This document shows, one piece after another, positions 38,501 through 49,700 of a DNA stretch of 64,000 bases. A program made the translations under genes and the position numbers. The notes below the pieces were generated by a model, which was not told the DNA's origin, ran no database searches, and saw nothing but the letters and a program-made list of their open reading frames with translations. Source of the DNA: a virus; IMG/VR virus record IMGVR_UViG_3300016478_000246, positions 1 through 64,000 of that record; one strand, 5' to 3'. Position 1 is the stretch's first letter, and every line of letters starts with the position of its first letter.

Positions 38501-39716
38501 TGATAATCTTGAAGCAGTTAACAATGTCGCATCAACCATGTCTTTTATATGTGAATCATTTATTAATCTTGATGGACGATATGATGCTAATAGATATAGG
38601 ACTGATGTGTCAGTCATGCAGCCAACAAATTATGGCTTAATGAACAAGGCCTACACGCAGAAAGACAATTACTTTACTTATGGAATTGTTGACCCTGACC
38701 GCACCAAGGCCAACTCATTTAAAAGCACTATAACATGGACAGGCACTAAACGCAATAATGAAACGACCGATAGCTGGACAAAGATTAATCTCATAAACAC
38801 TATGGATTTAGATGGTACTTATGGACCAGTAAATTCAATTAATCTCGTGCAAAACAATTTGTACGCGTTTCAGGATAAGGCAATAGCCTCAATACTATTT
38901 AAAGAGCGCTCACAGCTATCAGACCAGCTTGGAAGCATATCATTAGGCACTGGGTATTTAACACCTGAATATAACTATCTGACCAATCAATATGGCACTA
39001 CAAGCAAGTGGTCAGTTGTTTCGTCAAAAAGCGGACTGTACTTTGTGGACTATGAAAACAAGCTTTTGGCTAATATTGGGAATGGGATAACCCCGGTATC
39101 AACCCTTAATGGATTTAAGAGTTGGTTTACTGAGAATACCGACAGAAACGCCCCTCTAAGGCTTTCTTACGACAAAGCTAATAGTGACATCCACATACAC
39201 AATAAAACGTCGTCATTGGCCTATTCTGAGCTTCTGGGAGGCTTTACATCATTCTATGAGTATAAGACTAATCTGCCGATGATTAACGCATGGGAACGCT
39301 TCTTATCAACCAAAGGCAGTTCATTATGGTCTGCATTTGATGGGGACTATAACTCGTTCTACGGGACTATAAATGGCTTTAGTATTGAGTATGTGACCAA
39401 CCCAGACCCGTTGTTTGATAAGGTATTTAACAACATTGATTATAGGCTTGACAATGACAATATCAATTGGAATTACCTTGATATATCAAATCACTATCAG
39501 CATGGAGAGCTGGACTCAACCAAATACAATAAGTCCACCATTAAGAAGTTTAATGTGTATAGGACTATACTGCCGAGAGATAATTTTTATAATCCAAAGT
39601 CTCTTGACAGAATACGATCAACATGGGCTAATTTAAAATTAAGTTGGAGGCCTCCTGAGAGCAACATAAACGAGCTATTTAGCATGCAAGATTTAACTTT
39701 GTATTACTTCATTTAA
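35508..39716 (+). CDS. Tail stabilisation / muzzle protein
   Basis: 1402 aa, beta-rich; GMNRDLS, VYWIDG..PRFIN, GDTYI, RIRSTW. Confidence 0.8.
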   Translation: MQNKSQTYKIKGMNRDLSYSAFNPDFSYENYNIRITTTDSNSMLRVSNEKGNREITLYDTEGSITSLAGEIIGYCEIDNKLVVFTYSETIDRIYLLYDYDDGQANVKTLFEAGSLNFSPDHQIQAIPFYESEVIQKVYWIDGLNEPRFINVMAENQSYNVDSFNFYSDLNLNEVVTITKEYGDGLFKSGTVQYGFSYFNTNGSETGLVFLSEPQSVSPIDRGGQPDEIIPNSFRINIDSVDSKFDFVRLYSVFRESLDGVPVVKRIADLSSKGISQVTYIDKNIVGDTLDADMLLTLYSDRIVPQCMEQKYNTLFFGNIKIEENSTLGIYNLEDLDPLTPIFNWELDSKGEIIESSLTSTSYPYRPALNTRSIQTPSGPQISKIARHFKYGETYRLGLQGQYKDGSWSAPIWIGKDFTVDKRYSQEFIENYSAIKIQKVIGRFLLTQYKKWFQDNGFVRVRPLMVPLSYSDRHIIAQGIGTNTLGVMSHRVGTNKNSQVFSMPDYLVRSNGRTSPNTQFNDGTYFHFDLLKLNNVHGLSGTSMPSSQKYKFIENMGTCSENPVSGEYGEPDYLNINSTFRYISGAGFRSKFQKSDTPQDRDYFFIDNNTVNIWSPEFMYDYDNINPYMNSVSQLGLYGFSIITGGNDSFSIDGTFANRTEFGSYDRIISVANYNYKFPLVSDTSIPDRNYRAILLNYKCGEESIDEFVNHIVVPIWTPGKMHLQNLKLIPGHEAFPEIEIDFSSIKKVMNVYCGYNFILNDDKNAIYSINNPKIFYDDSTSYYKSNEYDNELNAGNILYSKRVSKDFSPLGYIACRASDKDSKFLYTYVTGVPASDLREDNSAIDWNLEGFTMEYSSSPHALFSFKENNSLTHCLPTFSPNSTSLTTVPVGTALWYRGSRSGAADKFITEIHPYSVFKNQIQIGDLNPFHPINYNSFPIFDVIKPVAEGSQYGGKSKSALLNNQWIPCGPAVSIDDEYLYFSEGDTYITRFDFLKSYVDNLEAVNNVASTMSFICESFINLDGRYDANRYRTDVSVMQPTNYGLMNKAYTQKDNYFTYGIVDPDRTKANSFKSTITWTGTKRNNETTDSWTKINLINTMDLDGTYGPVNSINLVQNNLYAFQDKAIASILFKERSQLSDQLGSISLGTGYLTPEYNYLTNQYGTTSKWSVVSSKSGLYFVDYENKLLANIGNGITPVSTLNGFKSWFTENTDRNAPLRLSYDKANSDIHIHNKTSSLAYSELLGGFTSFYEYKTNLPMINAWERFLSTKGSSLWSAFDGDYNSFYGTINGFSIEYVTNPDPLFDKVFNNIDYRLDNDNINWNYLDISNHYQHGELDSTKYNKSTIKKFNVYRTILPRDNFYNPKSLDRIRSTWANLKLSWRPPESNINELFSMQDLTLYYFI

Positions 39717-39724
39717 AATCTAAG

Positions 39725-39767
39725 AATAGGGTATGTATATTTTTGTTATACATATCCTATTTTTTTT
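39725..39767 (+). terminator. Intrinsic terminator
   Basis: AATAGGGTATGTATA/TATACATATCCTATT stem followed by a T-tract. Confidence 0.75.
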
Positions 39768-39776
39768 AGTTATTAA

Positions 39777-39808
39777 TTTGGATAAATCAAAAAAATATTG
39801 TATATTTG
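39777..39808 (+). promoter_or_regulatory. Bacteroidota primary-sigma promoter (cargo operon)
   Basis: TTTG-N20-TATATTTG; implies the gene starts at ATG 39830. Confidence 0.75.
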
Positions 39809-39829
39809 CCTATATTTAAAAACATTGCA

Positions 39830-41755
39830 ATGAAAAATATATTTCCAAAATCATTTGGGCAAGCAAATAAGTCACTGGGAACGATTGGCCAAGTCGCAGG
39901 TGGGTTACAAATGCTTACCGGAATGGCTGGTCAGGCGTCCAAATATATGGATACCTCTGGCATTACCCAACAAGGGTCAGAATACGAAGATATTACCAGG
40001 GGTAATATCGGTCAAGCAATTGACATCCAACAAGATCAGGCATCATTTGGCACTATCGCTACTGATGCTGCATCATCCGCTATTTCAGGCATGGCTACAT
40101 TTGGGCCCCTTGGTGCTATTGCGGGCTTAGCCCCAATCATCACCGGCGTACTTGGCAACGACGCAAAGAAGAAGGCGTGGAATGACACTATGAATAGCGA
40201 GCGTTCATTACGCATGACAAAGCAACGACAGTTTAACGAGCAAGACTTACGCACTGGCATGGCTAATCAATTTGCTTATGGTGGACAATTTAACTCACCT
40301 CTGACAGAGTTTAATGCCGGAGGAACTCACGAGCAGAATCCAAACAACGGCATTATGCAAGGCATGGGGTCTAATGGTCAACCAAACTTCGTTGAAGAAG
40401 GGGAGACTAAATATAATGATTATATATACTCTAACAGATTAAGCATAGATGATTCTATTGTTAAGGCTTATAATTTGCCTACTAAAGTTAAAGGAAAGAC
40501 TTTTGCGGAAGCTACTAAAATACTTAATGAGCAAGTAAAAGAACGCCCTAACGATCCAATCAGTTTAAAGACGCTTGAAGCTAATATGTCTAAATTGGCG
40601 CAGGCGCAAGATGATTTAAAAGCCACCATAGAGCAGGACGCCGGTGTCAATGAAGCCATAGATAATCTTGGCTTTAGCGAAGAAATATTTGCCAAGGGTG
40701 GCTCTCTCAATTTCAAGTCTAATGCTGCTTATAAGAAATGGCTTGGCTATGTGCACGCCACTGGCAAAGCTGAAAGCACGCCCGGGCATCAATCAGTATC
40801 AATTAAAGGTAAAAGTCACGAAGTGAAACATCAATTAGGTGGCGCACTGTACAATGAACTTGATGCGCTAAAAAATTCAGGGATATTTGCATACGGTGGT
40901 AATATGTATGCTACAAGGGGTCAATTAGATCTGCCTAAAACCTCTGCTGGAGATGACGATGAAATAGCCAAAGAAATTAATTTAAACGAAATTACAATTA
41001 CCCCAGAAATACCAATCTATCATGCCGAAAGTGATTATGGTGTTGAAGAGTTTACCCCAAAACCCCTGTCTGATAGCGAAATTATGGATAGGACAGAATA
41101 CTTGCCAGACGAAGAAGAATTGCAGCCAATTAAAGTTGAAAGGGGCGGTGATAATAATGGCCAATTAAACTACGCCATGTTCGCTCCCATCTTTGCCAAC
41201 GCAATGCAGGGTATTAGCACAGCATTTGAAAAGCCTGCTGTTGAGAAGTATGGGCGTGTTGCTCCTGAGTTAATCACAAGCCGTATGTCTTACAGACCAC
41301 TATCAACCGAGTATCTATCAAATCAAATTCAATCACAAGGTGCTGGTGTTAGACGGTCTATTCAGGAGTCTGCACCAACAGGCGGGTCTGCAATGAGAGG
41401 TATTTTAGCTTCTAACAGAGCAACCTCTGACGCCTTATCACAAGCATACTTTCAGGCAGAAGCAGCTCGTGAAGCGCGTCGTGCAGCAGTTGAGTCTGGC
41501 AATATAAGAATACAAGGGCAAAATGTTGCTTCAAAAAATGCAGCAGCATCGCAAAACGCACAAATACGAATGGCAGAAGTAATTGCCAACATGCAAAATA
41601 GGGCTGCGCGCAATAACGCATTGCGGGGATTTGCAGCAACAATGGGTAATGACTTGGGACAAATAGGCCGCATGATGTACGCCTCTAAAACAGGGCAAGC
41701 AATGACAGGATATGACACGGACCCATTTGGTACTGGTAAAGTTAAATATAGATAA
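39830..41755 (+). CDS. Virion cargo/ejection protein 1
   Basis: G/A-rich hydrophobic segment, GGTHEQNP.NG motif, FAxGG repeats, no Cys; position after the muzzle gene. Confidence 0.7.
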   Translation: MKNIFPKSFGQANKSLGTIGQVAGGLQMLTGMAGQASKYMDTSGITQQGSEYEDITRGNIGQAIDIQQDQASFGTIATDAASSAISGMATFGPLGAIAGLAPIITGVLGNDAKKKAWNDTMNSERSLRMTKQRQFNEQDLRTGMANQFAYGGQFNSPLTEFNAGGTHEQNPNNGIMQGMGSNGQPNFVEEGETKYNDYIYSNRLSIDDSIVKAYNLPTKVKGKTFAEATKILNEQVKERPNDPISLKTLEANMSKLAQAQDDLKATIEQDAGVNEAIDNLGFSEEIFAKGGSLNFKSNAAYKKWLGYVHATGKAESTPGHQSVSIKGKSHEVKHQLGGALYNELDALKNSGIFAYGGNMYATRGQLDLPKTSAGDDDEIAKEINLNEITITPEIPIYHAESDYGVEEFTPKPLSDSEIMDRTEYLPDEEELQPIKVERGGDNNGQLNYAMFAPIFANAMQGISTAFEKPAVEKYGRVAPELITSRMSYRPLSTEYLSNQIQSQGAGVRRSIQESAPTGGSAMRGILASNRATSDALSQAYFQAEAAREARRAAVESGNIRIQGQNVASKNAAASQNAQIRMAEVIANMQNRAARNNALRGFAATMGNDLGQIGRMMYASKTGQAMTGYDTDPFGTGKVKYR

Positions 41756-41757
41756 TT

Positions 41758-43692
41758 ATGGCAGTAAGTAGATTTGACACAATGAATGTATCGCAGTTCA
41801 ACCCTCTATCAATGGAGGAGATTTGGAAGCCATCAATGATGCTGCGAGAACAACACGATAGACTCCAGGAGGAGTATGACCAAGCCGCTATATTATCGGC
41901 ACAAGGGTTATCAGGACTAAACCCTGAGCAAGACGCTGCTGCGTTAACAGCGCATCAGACATATCAGCAAGAGCTCGAAAAGGCTGCCAATGATTTGTCA
42001 TCAAAAGGATTTATAGATTCAGGGCGCAGGCAAAATTTAAGCAAACTAAAGACTATGTATTCCACGCAGGTAATGCCCTATGAAAAGCAATTAGCTGAGC
42101 GTAAGCGCGCAGCAGAGATGCTTTGGGAGCGCAAACTTGCTGACCCATCATACCAAGAAACATTTGACCCGTCATCAGTATCGCTCGACAGGGGGCTTAA
42201 AGACCCAAATGCTTTTAAATTTCAAGGAGTTAGTAAAAGCGCTATTGAGAAAGAAGTTGCAAGCAAAGCGGTGTTACTCAAAGACTATGCTGACAAACAA
42301 CCTGAAATTGGCAAAGCAATATTGCCATTCCAAAGATTAATGAAAACAATGCAGGGGGCCAGTCTTGAAGACATACAAAAGGCATTAGCTTTAGAAGTTG
42401 GGGAGCAACCAGCAAATGCATTGATTGGCGCTTTGAACACAATAGTTAAAGACACTGTTGGAAAATATAATGTTGATGAAATGTTTGCCGGAAGAGCTGA
42501 TGTTGTTGAAGACATTTATAAAGCTGCTGGCGCAGGCCTCATAGCCGCTATCGGAGGGCCTAAGTATAGTGTTATTACAGATAGCTACGGCATGAACAAG
42601 CAGCTTGCTGATGATGCTCATGCAAGACAGATGGCTCAAATAAAGGCACAGAAGGAGGCCGAGGCAGAAGCTATGAAGGCTAAGTATTCGGTAGCATTTG
42701 CACAGCAGCCAACACAAAATACTGTTGACGAGGGTAAGAGATTATCAAGTGATTTGTTAACTAAAAAATTTTTATTTGACCCTTCAGGCAAGCTGCTCGG
42801 AGAAGAGGTTATTAAGGCTGGATCCATACCAAGAGGAATGTCTGGGCTTGGGGTCTCTCCCAAATCCAAAGGCGTGGTAAAATCTGAAAGCATGAATGCT
42901 ATTGTAAACTCTGCAAGACAGATACTTATATCTCAAAATCCTAAAAACAAAAACTTGTCGGACAAGCAGGTTTATGAATCTTTGAGGCAGAATGAACAGC
43001 TAAGAGCAGAATCATACAAAGCTCTTAATCACACCTACTATGCCGTAAAAGATAAGAATATGGCTGAGAACATCTATAATGATGCGTTCCTTGAAATGAC
43101 TGGGAATAAATCATTTGTCTTGTATGATGAATACAATCAGTCAATTGCTGGTGGACAAAGCTTAAATGCTACACTAAAGAACACTGATATAACGGCAGAT
43201 AAAGTTCAGCGTTATATCAAAGACAATAACATCAAACCGTCATTTGATGCCACCTCTGGAATGTGGGTGTATCAGGTACCAAACAAAATGTCTGAGTCAA
43301 AGAATGGCGTACTATCCCCAGCAAGTGATTCAGACCGATATTATACCATTGGTGTTGCTACTGACGCTGAACAAACCGCCAGGGTACAACAAGTTGAGGC
43401 TGTTAGAAATGCAAAATTTTCTGGCGCTACAGCCCCTGTCAAAATTAATAAAGGCCAATTAAGCGCCGTTGTTAATGACGGTGGCCAACGAAAGACGATA
43501 CCTTACGATATTTATTATGACCCAGCATCAGGCACTGTTAATAAAGTTGCTATACACAACGGCAAGCAAGCAGTTCTTGAGTCGGTGGATAGTGACGCAT
43601 ACATCAATGAATTAAACTCTTATACAACCGGCCTTGACAGGCCTGGCACACAAGGGCATACATACTATCATTCAAACAGAAAGAGTGATTAA
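41758..43692 (+). CDS. Virion cargo/ejection protein 2
   Basis: FNPLSMEEIWKP N-terminus, helical, no Cys. Confidence 0.65.
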   Translation: MAVSRFDTMNVSQFNPLSMEEIWKPSMMLREQHDRLQEEYDQAAILSAQGLSGLNPEQDAAALTAHQTYQQELEKAANDLSSKGFIDSGRRQNLSKLKTMYSTQVMPYEKQLAERKRAAEMLWERKLADPSYQETFDPSSVSLDRGLKDPNAFKFQGVSKSAIEKEVASKAVLLKDYADKQPEIGKAILPFQRLMKTMQGASLEDIQKALALEVGEQPANALIGALNTIVKDTVGKYNVDEMFAGRADVVEDIYKAAGAGLIAAIGGPKYSVITDSYGMNKQLADDAHARQMAQIKAQKEAEAEAMKAKYSVAFAQQPTQNTVDEGKRLSSDLLTKKFLFDPSGKLLGEEVIKAGSIPRGMSGLGVSPKSKGVVKSESMNAIVNSARQILISQNPKNKNLSDKQVYESLRQNEQLRAESYKALNHTYYAVKDKNMAENIYNDAFLEMTGNKSFVLYDEYNQSIAGGQSLNATLKNTDITADKVQRYIKDNNIKPSFDATSGMWVYQVPNKMSESKNGVLSPASDSDRYYTIGVATDAEQTARVQQVEAVRNAKFSGATAPVKINKGQLSAVVNDGGQRKTIPYDIYYDPASGTVNKVAIHNGKQAVLESVDSDAYINELNSYTTGLDRPGTQGHTYYHSNRKSD

Positions 43693-43706
43693 TTAAATAA
43701 AATTTT

Positions 43707-46700
43707 ATGGCTAAAACAATTGAAGATAAAGCATTAGGACTTGAATTTGTGAGTGATGATCCTTTAAAATCATATAACCCAAGCATTGCCGTTAAACAAA
43801 CCGGGGACTTTAATGTCCCTGGTATCGGCACTGTGTCACGCGAATCCTTGGCTCCGGTAAACTTATGGCAAGCAGACCCTACTCGTCAAGAAGCAGTTGG
43901 TCAATATATGCAGGGCATTGACATGGCTGATAAATACTTATCACGCGAGAATATCACTCCTGAAGATTTGGATGATATTAATGAAGTGATGTATCGCAAT
44001 CAGTCGACAGTAGAGGCTGTTGCTAATGGTTTTGTTTCACGGGCAATTTCAATACTCCCAAAAACGCTTAACACTATTGGCTCAATCGGTGGACTTGGCT
44101 ATGGAATGATGGATTACATGTTTGATGCAATTAATCCAAATGAAGAAGCTGACTTAGGTCGTTCATTAAACCAAGGTCTTGATAATTTCTGGGTACGCGG
44201 TATGAACCATTGGGATGAAAGTCTTAAAGAGCTAATGCCGGTGTTTGGAAGCAAATATGGATATTACTCAGACTCATTGATGGATAATCTTTCATCAGCT
44301 AAGTTTTGGGCCGAAGATGGGTTTGATGGCTTGGCATTTACAGCATCAGCATTTGTCCCCGGGGCTGGATGGGCCAAAGCATTAGATGCAATGTCTAAGA
44401 CGGCTAAGGGCGCAAACTTTTTTGCCCAGACAGCTAAGTTTGCTAAATATGGCAAGGCTGCCCAAGCTATGAATGCTATGTCTAAAGAGCAATTAGTGGC
44501 GTCGGGGGTTGATAAGCTTACAAATATATTAACTACTGCCACCAACGTAATTAACGAGTCAGCTCTTGAAGCATATGAAGCTACAAAAAATTTTGATAAG
44601 GATACCTTCATAGCCAAGAGGTTGCAAGAAAGCCCTGAGGCTAAACGGATAATGCAGCTTGAAGAGCAGGTATCAATGATGCGGGACGACTCTGAAATAG
44701 CTGGCTTAATTAACCCTGAAGAAGGGCCCAAGGCTATGAAGATGCGTGAACTGCAAGAGGCCAAGGACAACTTGCTTAACCAGCTTGATGAAGAGTATCT
44801 TGAGGCTAAGGGACAGTTAGGTCTTAATGTATTTAGGGCGAACAATATGGTCCTGATTCTGCCGGATTATCTACAGTCTAAATTATTTACCAAGGCTTTT
44901 GGCAATGCATCAAAGTCTATCCGCGCAGAAGCAAGACAGGCGGCTAATAAAGCTATCCGCACCACCGCTCTTAAAGAAGGATTTAAACAGGCTGGCTATG
45001 CAATTGGTCGAGAAGGATTTTGGGAGGAAAATGCTCAGACCGCAGCATCAACATACTATCAAGAAAAAGCGTTTGGGACTCCACGGATTGATAACGATGT
45101 TGTTGGTATTCTTGATAACATGGTTAAGAACGCTACATTTCAAGACAAAGAAGGCGCTAAGTCAATCATACTTGGTGCAGCCGCAGGTGGCTTGTCGTCA
45201 TTTGGGTTAGGAGCGTACGCTCAGAAGCAAAAGAATAAAGAGTTTGATAAAGAAGAAAAACTCTGGCAAAATATATTAAACATCGCCGGGGCATCAGTTA
45301 AGACCGCTGTGGACGATTGGCGGGCACTGGCTGATGAAAATGGCAATATCTCAACTGAAAACTTTATCAAAGCATTTACGTTTGCCAAGGATAAAAAGGA
45401 CGCCATTGAATCGCAGCAGGTAGCATTACTTCTTGGCAACGAGATAGCTCACGAGCTTGGCCGTAATGACGAAATAACTAAGTTGTTTTGGGGCGAAGTA
45501 AGTTCGGTTAATGGCAGTAAATATATAAGCCAGGAAGAAGCTATTGAAGTAATCAAGGGCAAACTCACTGCTCTTAAAGAGGTAGATGGTGCTGACAACG
45601 AAACAATCGCTATGGCTGATGGGTTCATAGCCAAGGTTGATAAATTGTCAGAGAACTTAAAGAATGCCGAAGAAACTATTAATAGAGTGATTGATTCTGA
45701 GGATAAAAATGCAGCTGATAACAAAGATGTTTTAACCAGGTCACTGTTCTTTGCGATGAACAAGCTCGCTGAAGTTAATGACCTTATAGAAAACGGTGAG
45801 ACTATTTCAGACAGACAAAAAGAAGCTCTTGGTGCTCTCGCAGAAGAATATCAAGAGGCTATTGACGCTCTATCAGATAAGAACAAGGTTAAAGGCTTGG
45901 TGCAAAAATTTACTAATGATGCCAACTATCATTTAGCACTGCAAAATCAAATTGCAGAAGAGACTGCCAAGCCTAAAGAAACTCAAGACCCAACAAAGTT
46001 AAAAGTATTAAAATATCAGCTTGAAGAGTTTTATGAAATCTATGGCTTTCAAACCAATGCTGATAAGAAATCAAGACGTGCATGGGGTACTAATGGATTA
46101 CGTTTAGGATTTGCCCCAACAGACGTTGTTAACCGTGGCACACTTGGGTTACGTGATAAATACTTCTATGACTTGGGCCGTGATGCATTAGCGCGCAATG
46201 AAGTTGAAAGACTTATGGCTGATGTTAATGGAGATGTTACAGCAGCGGAGATTGTATCATTTGTTGAAAGCGAAAACTTTCATTACCTGACAAAAGAAGA
46301 GGCTGATAGGCTGTCAGCAATTGCAGATTCAAAGGCTCAGGCTTTAAAAGAGGCCAAAGATAATGCTATAGTTATAAGAGATGATTTCTCTATTGACACA
46401 ACGGCTTTTGATGAACTAAGCAAATCGCCAGACAATATCTTTACAGAGGCAACCTCATCAAAGCCAAGTGAGTTAATTGGTAATGCTTATGCCAAAAAAT
46501 CTCAAGAAAGAACTGAGTTTATTGGCTCAGAAGACAAAGAAATGTCTTTTGCAAATAATATACGTCGTAGACTTGCAACTAAGTTTAAACGCGACACAGA
46601 TACTATGATTGAGAAGATTAATGAAGATATTGATAGTTATTCAAACATTGAAGCTATTAACGAACGCATTAATGCCACCCAAGATAGAATTGATGTATTT

Positions 46701-49700
46701 GAGCAGAGCGAGGACCATAAAGATTTGTTTAAGGATGATTCGGCGAAATTTATTGAATCTCTTAAAGAACAAAAGGTTGTACTTGAACAGTTAAAAGGTG
46801 CTGCGCTCAACAACAAGGGTAACAAGGAAGCACTTGACACTAAACTCAAAAACATTGAGAGCCAATCAATGATGAGCGCATTTGGACTTATGCTCGATGG
46901 CAATAAGGTTAAGATTTCTAACATGGCCTTGATTGAAAAAATTAAAGCTATTGTTGGTGTTGACGTTTTAAATAAGCTAATCTCAAACCTTGAGACTGAT
47001 GGGATGGTGGGTGATTATGTCTTTATAGACAAGTTCATGCACGACCTGACAGCGGACCAACGTACGCAGATTTCTGAGGCTATCAAGGCTGAGCATGCCG
47101 TCGTTAAAGACAGATTATCTAAGAGCGTATTTAGGCTCAAAGTCGCTGATGGAAGACTTGATAAGTATGCAGCTATTCTTGAAAACCCTCAAAAGATTTT
47201 GACGGTATTCCTTGGTTCTAAGAAGATGTTTAAAAAGGGCGCTGATGGATATATTTTCCTAACGTCCACGACTAATAAAAAGAACATTATTGATAGATAT
47301 ATGATTCATGGCAATTTAGATTTGTTGCTTGAGGAAATAACTATTGACAATGGCAAAACACTGATGGCTGAAAATGTTAAATTAACAGCCCAGGATGTTA
47401 CTGATGTGGTAGAGTTTTTGAAGGATATGATTCAGATGCGTAACAACGCACGAATCCTTAGCGACCTGGCATCAACGTCTGATATGAGTAAGTTTGCAAA
47501 GGCTGAAAAAGACTTGTTGACTTCAACAACTATTGGACCATCACAACAACAGCGTTCAACTATTAAGCGCATATATAAGTGGCTTGGTGATTTCAGCGAC
47601 ACTAAGAATAGCGGCTTCTCAGACATGTTAATTGCTAATGGTATAGCTGGTACCGGTAAGACAATGATAGTGGCTAAAATGCTGTTTAAATTGCTTGCAA
47701 AGACTGCTGGTATCAATGTCAATAAGAATATTATGGTATTAGGTGCAACCAAAGAGGTGGCAGACAATTTATCAAACTCTATCGGCAAGACTATTGGCGC
47801 GACAAGCAAAGCTGTTGAAGATTTAAAGGAAGAAGATCTTAATGACAATATATCAATCATAGCAGTCGATGAAATCGGTGTTCTTAATATTGTAAGACTG
47901 GGAGAACTGGCTGTTAAGTTACGCAACGTTAATGCTAAGCGAATCGAAAAAGGCTTAAATCCAATTAAATTGATTGGATTTGGGGACCCTAACCAGGTGA
48001 CTGAGGTTGAAGGAGATAACGCCTCGCGTATTACAGAGCTTGAGGGGAAGGTTAATGAAGTTCAAACGACAGACTTAGTTGATATTAAGTTTGCCCCAAC
48101 ATTAATGGTTCAGTACCGAAGCGATATTGATGCAATCAACGAAGCAGCGGATGAGTTTAGTGGCCGCAAAAAGCCAGTTAAAAACATCAGCGCGGTATCA
48201 AATGTAAAGAGTGATGAGTACGAAGCTAAAGATGCTAAAGGCGTTCATGCTTACGATAATATCAACTCATTTATTCAGCGCATCGAAGGATTCTTAAAAG
48301 CTAACGAAAAGAAAACTATCACGCTGGCATATAATCTGCCTGAAAACAAGGAAGAGATCTACAAGCGTCTTTCAGACGAGGCTCGCAAAAGAGTTGTATT
48401 TAAAAACTTCTTTGAGTTGCAGGGTTTAACGATTGACAACTTGTTTATCAATGTTAAAGTTAAAGGCACTGACCAGAAAAGGTTCAACTCATCAATGTAT
48501 ATGCTTTTATCTCGCGCAACTAATTATGTGGCTATTAACGATAATCATAGAAATTTTGAGCAGAAGGTAGACCCAATATCTATGGAGAAGGTTGCCGATA
48601 GAAATGTTGAGCAAAAATCCAAGAGCAAAGATGCTTATGATAAAGTTGTTGAAGAAGAACTCGCTGTGATGGGTGATGTTGTTATAGCAAAACAACCAAC
48701 GCTTAAAAAGACACCAAAAGTCAGCACTCCGCCAACACAAAACGATAAGCCTGAGCTAAATCCCGTAAATCATCAGCCTGAATCTCCAGTAGAAGAAGAA
48801 GTTGATGATACCGATGACCGCGAAATAACCCCAGAGGGAAAAGCTGAGCTTGCAGCAAAAGAAGCTGAGCGTGTTAAAGACAAGCCTGATGATGCTAAGA
48901 TTGGTGATATAATCGAAGATACGTGGGAGCCAGGTCAGGTTAAGGTAGAAAATCCAAGAGGAGCTAACTTTAAAACTGCCGATTTAAAAGACGGAGATAA
49001 ACTTTTTGTTCTTAAAATTACCCCAGGCCAAATCAAGGGCGGTCCTAAAGAGGTTGCTATACTTGTAAAAGAAATTGAAGTTGCTGGAGAAAAGAAATAC
49101 ATTGAAGTTGCATGGCTCAATAAAAAAGAGGTCAAAGACCTTGGTCTTGAAGACCACCCATTGTTTAAGTCAAAGAAGGGTGTGGACCGAAGCAATGATA
49201 ATGATATGTACTCTGATGTTGAGCACGCAATGTTCAAAGATGAGGATGGCAATTTAGTTCAAGTTAATGTTGACGCTGCAAGAGGATTTAAAGTTAAGTA
49301 CGACCCAAATATCAAAGCTACTGGTAATATAATTAGCGATACTGCTGGATATATTGCAGATAAATTTAAGGTTTTGACAGGCAAGCTTAATGTTGAGTAC
49401 TTTTTGCCGACACGTTCCACTATGGATAAAACAAATCCTAAGAACGCTTATAGCAATTTACCACTTGATTTGGGGGTGCCGTATTTGATCTTCACCTTGC
49501 CAAACGGTAAAACAATTCATGTCCGCTTAAATCCAAAGCCTTTTACTAAAGATAATTCATGGACAATCAATGGAGTATCTGCTTTTGAAAGACTAAGATT
49601 ATTCACTGAAGGGTCAGCAGCTATTATTAAGTGGCTGGAAGAGAATTCAATTGCAACATCAATAGGCTCTTTTTCGTACAGAGATTTGTTGCACGCAATA

